Shown here piece by piece: positions 58,487 through 64,000 of a DNA stretch of 64,000 bases (position 1 is its first letter; every line of letters begins with the position of its first letter). The stretch is taken from the NCBI GenBank assembly GCA_964016885.1, contig OZ024740.1, positions 113,832,001 to 113,896,000 on the forward strand, in the 5' to 3' direction. The notes below the pieces were generated by a model. The model saw nothing but the letters and a program-made list of their open reading frames with translations, searched no databases and was not told the DNA's origin. The stretch is from Eledone cirrhosa (taxonomy: Eukaryota). The translations under genes and the position numbers were made by a program.

Positions 58487-60586
58487 TTACCGTATTTTTG
58501 GTAGAGGAGGGATGGTTTTTACATCCCTTTTCACTTGATCGTCTGGTGAAGGGACCGTTGAATCGTCCCTTCGGCTGGTCGTCGGCTCTTCTAAGAGAAT
58601 GTCTGAATATACTCTTCGATTAATGGTTCCTCCTAGGTCCCTGAAATCACCAACTGCGTTGGGGAATTTCGTTTTAATGTTTGTGTATTGTTTCTGTGCT
58701 ATTTTTAGCAGTCTTATGTTAGTTGGCGTTTTGATTGGTGCTGGTATTATGTAGTCCTGTTGTGAAATGTCTGTGTGTTCAATTATGTAAGTCATTAGTT
58801 TCTTGTTGTGTGTGTTTATTGCCGTGCATTTGTTTTTCTGGGGGTGGGGTGTGGTTCTGCTATTTTCTTGTCGTTGTTGCTGGGTGTGTGTGTTTTGTTG
58901 TTGTGTTTGCGATGTTGGTGCTTGTGGTGGTGGTGTTGAAGGTGTTGTTGGCGGTGGGGTTGTCGCCGGTGGTGATGGTGGTGCTGGTGTGGGTGGTGAT
59001 GGTGTTGGTGGTGTTGCTGCTGTGGGTCTCTTTGCAGTAGACTTTACCCTTTTCTCATTTCTTTCCTCCCTTTTCAAAGGCGACGATGCGCTGCTTCTGC
59101 GTTTGTGCCTTCTTGAGACCTTTTGCCATCCCTCTCCCACCTCACACTCCATGTCTGATTCTGTAAGGTCGGGGAGGGGTACCAGCTCCACTCTTTCACT
59201 TGTTGTTGTTGGTGATGTTTGCACTGGAGTCTCTGTTGCAGCTGCATTTGGTATTGCTGTTGTTGTTGTTAATATTTCCACTGCTGCTGCTGTCTTTGAT
59301 TTCCGTGGAGTGGGTATGGGTGCCACGGACCTATCGTTCCTGGTTGCCGCTTGTCCTGTTGCTGGTAGCCGTGGAACCGGATTCGGGAGGAGGGGGGTTT
59401 TCTCCTTTCTCAGGGTCTTCTCGTTGCAGAAGGCCCTGAGGTGAGTCTTCGATCCACAGCGAAAGCATTTCGGGCGTTTGCCCTCAACACTTATGGGCAG
59501 TTGAGTGCCGTTATCGAAGTCTATCACATCCGGGATAGCTTCGATGCACTCCTGGTTGGTTTGTATTAGCATCTCAATGGAGGAGCCGACCCAATCTTCT
59601 CTTACTTTTTTCTGTACTTGCAGTACAGTTGTTTTGTCCTCGATTCCGACGAGGACAGACGCGGCCAGCCAAGAAGGGGTCATTCCGGGGGGGACGTGGG
59701 TCAGTTTGACCCTCACAATTTTTTGCCCGCAGTAGGAGGGCACCAACACCATTTCCTCGCTCCTTAGGGTCACTACTGATTGGGCCTTTGCCTCCTGGGG
59801 TGTGGCAAAAAGTACGTCTACGGTGGCGTATTTTTTGCCTCGGGTGATGTGCGTTTTCCTCTGCCACACAGACCCCAAGGCTTTTTGTATTTGGGCCTCT
59901 GTGGCTCTTTCCACCCTACGGGATTTTGTACTTACTGTACGGTACGTGACCGTACAGTGCTCTTGGGTTTCGAAAAAATTTTTCGCTGCCTTGCAGATTG
60001 CTCGGTGTCCGTTCTTTGTCACCATCTTCTTCGCTTCCTCTAATTCCTCATTTGTTATGAGGATTGTTTCCAGGTTTTTCGCAATACCTGCAAATGAGAT
60101 TGGTTTTTCTCTGCTGTTGTTGTTGTCGTCAGAGCTGCTGGTACTTTTGTTGTTGCTGCAGGTACTACGACTACTGCCTCCGCCGCTGTTGCTGTGGTTG
60201 TTGTTGGTGTTGCTGCTGCTAATGGTGTTGTTGTTTATGCTGCTGGTGATGCTGTTGCGGCTGCTACTGTTGTTTTCATTGTCACTGTTGCTGTTGTTAT
60301 TACGGCTGCTACTGCTATTATTCCTGACGTCAGACGAATGAACTGGGTTTTCGTATTTCCCGCACACCTGTTTCGTCGCTGTCGTCGTCGTCGTGGAGAA
60401 ACCTTGCACGCTTTGCACGAGACTTTTCTTTTCTTTCGTCGCTTGCGAAAGAGAAGGTAGGGAGAGAGACACATTTAAAGAAGGGAGGGAGAGAGACAAT
60501 CTTCTCTCTCCTGTAGTGATGATTGAGGAAGAAGAAGACGGAATGAGTGGGAGTGACGTATGAAATTTTTTTTTTTTGGTAGCCAT
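58487..60586 (-). CDS. ORF1 gag-like protein
   Basis: As A1. Confidence 0.92.
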   Translation of the reverse strand: MATKKKKFHTSLPLIPSSSSSIITTGERRLSLSLPSLNVSLSLPSLSQATKEKKSLVQSVQGFSTTTTTATKQVCGKYENPVHSSDVRNNSSSSRNNNSNSDNENNSSSRNSITSSINNNTISSSNTNNNHSNSGGGSSRSTCSNNKSTSSSDDNNNSREKPISFAGIAKNLETILITNEELEEAKKMVTKNGHRAICKAAKNFFETQEHCTVTYRTVSTKSRRVERATEAQIQKALGSVWQRKTHITRGKKYATVDVLFATPQEAKAQSVVTLRSEEMVLVPSYCGQKIVRVKLTHVPPGMTPSWLAASVLVGIEDKTTVLQVQKKVREDWVGSSIEMLIQTNQECIEAIPDVIDFDNGTQLPISVEGKRPKCFRCGSKTHLRAFCNEKTLRKEKTPLLPNPVPRLPATGQAATRNDRSVAPIPTPRKSKTAAAVEILTTTTAIPNAAATETPVQTSPTTTSERVELVPLPDLTESDMECEVGEGWQKVSRRHKRRSSASSPLKREERNEKRVKSTAKRPTAATPPTPSPPTPAPPSPPATTPPPTTPSTPPPQAPTSQTQQQNTHTQQQRQENSRTTPHPQKNKCTAINTHNKKLMTYIIEHTDISQQDYIIPAPIKTPTNIRLLKIAQKQYTNIKTKFPNAVGDFRDLGGTINRRVYSDILLEEPTTSRRDDSTVPSPDDQVKRDVKTIPPLPKIR

Positions 60587-60799
60587 GTTTTTTTGTTTAA
60601 AATGAAATTTTGGGTACAAAACCCCAATAACTGGCTATTTAACCCCGAAGGGCCAAATAACGGACAGAAAGACCCCTCTCACGAGGAGGAGGGTGTCTTT
60701 ATCAACAATTTGGTTCAAGTTTTAAACAATTTACAATTGTTTTAACGGTTAAAAATTACTATACCTTACAGAGCCGAGCCTCCGTCAACCATGGCATTC

Positions 60800-60825
60800 A
60801 ATAATAATAATAATAATAATAATAA

Positions 60826-60856
<31 letters not shown>

Positions 60857-60878
60857 AAGAAGAAGAAGAAGAAGAAGA
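60800..60878. repeat. (AAT)n to (GAA)n spacer. Other array spacers: 23344-23391, 26047-26079, 31893-31930, 33268-33320, 33470-33518, 33796-33846, 38690-38740, 44771-44794, 50818-50870, 54649-54768
   Basis: Directly visible. All read AAT on the plus strand. Confidence 0.97.
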
Positions 60879-63800
60879 CGCACGTGGTGGATAGAATGTT
60901 AAGAAATCGCTCCCGTAAGTTTTTGATTTTTAACATATTTAAAACAATTGTGATATAACAATTCTTAGTACAAATGAGACATAAAATACCAGACTCAGCT
61001 CTCAGAAAATTCGGATCCATAATATCCTGTTATATCGCTCAAATATTCAATGTTGTATTATAAATTTTATATTCAAAAAAGAAAATGGTTTATAAATGGA
61101 AGAAAACACCCTCTTTCTACACTATATAGAAAAGCCAAATAACAGCAAATTCACCAACACCACAAACTAGATACACCATCTACCCCATCACCCCTCTGTG
61201 TACACTAAATACAACAGCCAGATAACGGCAATTTCACTACCACCACCACCAATCTCAGCATAATAATAATAATTACTATTATTGTATCTCAAGTTTTCTC
61301 AAAATATTTAATTCAAATATTAAGAAAATATGTCAACACATATATTAAACATATGCGACAAACCGCATAGATACACAGATCAAACAAACGCATACCACTA
61401 CAGTCTATTCAACAACACTCAGTAACGACAACACCATCACTATAGTCACCGCCGCCACCACTCCATCATTGCTACCACTATCCCATCACCGCGACCACCA
61501 CTCCTTCATTGCTACCACCACTATTCCCCCACTACCCTCTGTTAACTTAAGAAAGGAGAAGGTGGCGGTATCACAAGACAAGGAAGAGACTAGCAAAAGA
61601 TATAAATAGACTGACTTAGTGACTCGGGCAAACGTCAACGACTATGGCACTGCTGGCTCCACCCCTTCCCCACCAACAATAGAAAAAGCCTCAGCACCAC
61701 CACCGACATAGCCAATAACAATAACAGGCAAGTTCAGCAAAAAGTATATTATATTATTAATAATAATTTCATTCTTAAGCCACGCAATGCTCACATTAAG
61801 GAACCACTCATGATAATAACAATTTAAAAAACAACAAAATAGAAAACCCCGTGACAATGAAAAACCGGGATGGCGGCCAGCGGGGAATAGCCGTGTCTCT
61901 AGGGGAGGACGACCCCTCTAGTCTTGGTTGACACTCGTCCTAGAAGTGGTAACACGAAATGATTACTCCTTGGCGGTTAATGATAAAACGCGACAAAATA
62001 AAATAAATGTCAAATGATACAATCTCATACCGGATCGGCCGTCACCCGGGTCAAAAAGGGCCGCGTCCCTCAGGGAGGAACGAGACTGGGGTCTAAAAAT
62101 CAGCTAATTGTTCAAACCTTCCCATCACTTCGGAGCTGGAGACCTCCCATAACCGGAATACTCCTACTATTGGACTCCATGCTCACCACCATGAAATCCA
62201 AAGAAAAAGAGAGAGAAATGGTCAAGGGAATACAATAAAGAAGTCCTTGGGGCTTTCTACACTGCCATATACTACCCATCAAATAGATCGAATACAGATC
62301 GAATACAGATCGAATACAGAACTGGAAAAAGAAACATCCCGAAAACAGAGGCTATATTGACAGTAACAAACTAGCCAATATACGAAGAAATATTGTTAAA
62401 CAAATTTACTAACTGATATAGAAATTGATCAGATCAAGCTATTAGCACAAAGTCAGCGAAAGTAAAATGAAACATGTGTCAGTGAAAACGAGGTAAATTG
62501 TAACACTTCGAATCCCAGGCTTGGGGCGGAATCACTGACAACAGAACAAATTAAAGAAAGGATCGAAAAAGTGGAGGGTGTGCATGCTCAAGATGAAACT
62601 CAAAATGAAAACAATCAGATCGTAAATGATAAAGAAATGAATGAGAATGAACTTGCCAACTTGAAGGATGAAATTATGATCGAATGGATGAAAATGAAAG
62701 AATCTGACATGGGGGAACAAGACACTCTCCCTAAGATCCAGAACTCCAAACAGAACCAAAAGATAATACACAAGACTTACATAATTCTCAAAAACATTAT
62801 CATCACAAACAAACTAAACATTACTGATTTAAAGCATATCTATTATGCATCGGCTAAAGTCACCACTCACTTATGTGGAGTGAAAATGAAAAAAACAAAG
62901 GAATTCCCACAAGAAATCTACTTGACAAAAGAATATCAATCGCCAAATTAACCTTCTCCGATCTGACATAGAAATTTTAACAAACTACAAAGTTAAACAA
63001 ACATGTTAAACAAACTAAACTTAGAAAATTGAAAAGAAAATACAGTATAAAATCAACAAGTGACATAGACATGCTGATAGAAATAATCAAGCAAAAAGTG
63101 TCGGCCGAAGTTGCTCGTATAAGGCGCTTTGAAAAACGATCTAGATTCTATAAGGACAATAATATGTTCAAAAACAACCAAAGAAACTTCTACAGAAAAT
63201 TTGGCAAGTCAACAATAACTGCTAAATCAATACCACCCAAGGAGGAAGTGCAAGGATTCTGGGAAAAGATCTGGGCCGAAGAAAAAGTTCATAATATACA
63301 TGCCCCATGGATAGACAGACAAATGAAAGATACAGCTCATTTTGAGTAACAAATATGTGAAAATATAACAGTTGAACAGTTGCGTTTGGCTCTTAGGAAA
63401 ACCAGCAAATGGAAATCCCCAGGAAAAGACAAAATACCAATTTTTTTGATAAATGCCTTCACAGACTCTCATGAGCTGTTAGCCCAACTTTACAATGAAA
63501 TAGTTAAGAAGCCAGAAAATATACCATCATGGCTAGTTAACGGCATTACATTCCTGCTTCCGAAGAATGATGAGACAAACAATCCCAAATATTACAGACC
63601 GATAACTTGCTTGACCACAATGTAAACAATTTTAACATCAGTCCTAACTCAATATACATATGACCACCTGATAACAAATGACCTATTTCCCAATGAGCAT
63701 AAAGGGTGTAAACGAGGCTCATATGACTGTAAGGATCAACTTTTGTTAACAAAATAATACTGGAAGATTGTCATAATGGACACACAAATCTATCAATTGC

Positions 63801-64000
63801 TTGGATAGATTATAAAAAAGCATTCCATAGTTTGCCACACCGTTGGATTGAAAAAATGTTTAGAGATTTTCAAAATATCTCCCGTTGTCAGGAGGTTCCT
63901 GTCATTCAGTATGAAGACATGGAAAACAACATTCCTTTTGAATTTTTCAGGGTGACTCTTTATCACCGCTTTTATTCTGCATCGCACTTATACCATTAAG
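60872..64000 (+). mobile_element. R4/Dong-type element B, a second, degenerate family; runs off the right edge
   Basis: Leader is homologous to A1 from 33850 onward. ORF remnants include KWSREYNKEV, ARIRRFEKR, WKSPGKDKIP, YRPITCL, KDQLL and WIDYKKAF, with many stops and frameshifts. Confidence 0.88.

Noticed and set aside
62284-62319. 11-bp unit AGATCGAATAC repeated three times
   Set aside because: Local slippage inside a dead ORF with no spacers; not CRISPR-like.

Overview
Eukaryotic, AT-rich, microsatellite-dense genomic DNA. It is probably a cephalopod such as octopus, which I infer from the SINE types and repeat content. I recognise no host protein-coding gene. The left 23 kb holds decayed repeats: the 5' end of a Ty3/Gypsy element, RTE and CR1 LINE fragments, a deleted mariner, tRNA-derived SINEs, and several small fold-back elements in (TA)n tracts carrying minimal Penelope-type hammerhead ribozymes. 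From 23.3 kb to the window end is a dense array of non-LTR retrotransposons, every one bounded by (AAT)n. It holds five Tx1/L1-clade elements, all on the minus strand, of which three are near-identical, full-length and have intact ORF1 and ORF2. It also holds five R4/Dong-type RT-RLE elements or fragments, all on the plus strand, one with an uninterrupted 1130-aa ORF. Three observations stand out. (1) A GT-AG intron-like 53-nt segment at the Tx1 ORF1/ORF2 junction would fuse the two ORFs in frame if spliced out. (2) The distantly related Tx1 and R4/Dong elements share a ~210-nt 5' leader module. (3) The two clades use the same microsatellite with strict opposite polarity. All structure, splicing and identity statements come from reading the sequence by eye and are untested.
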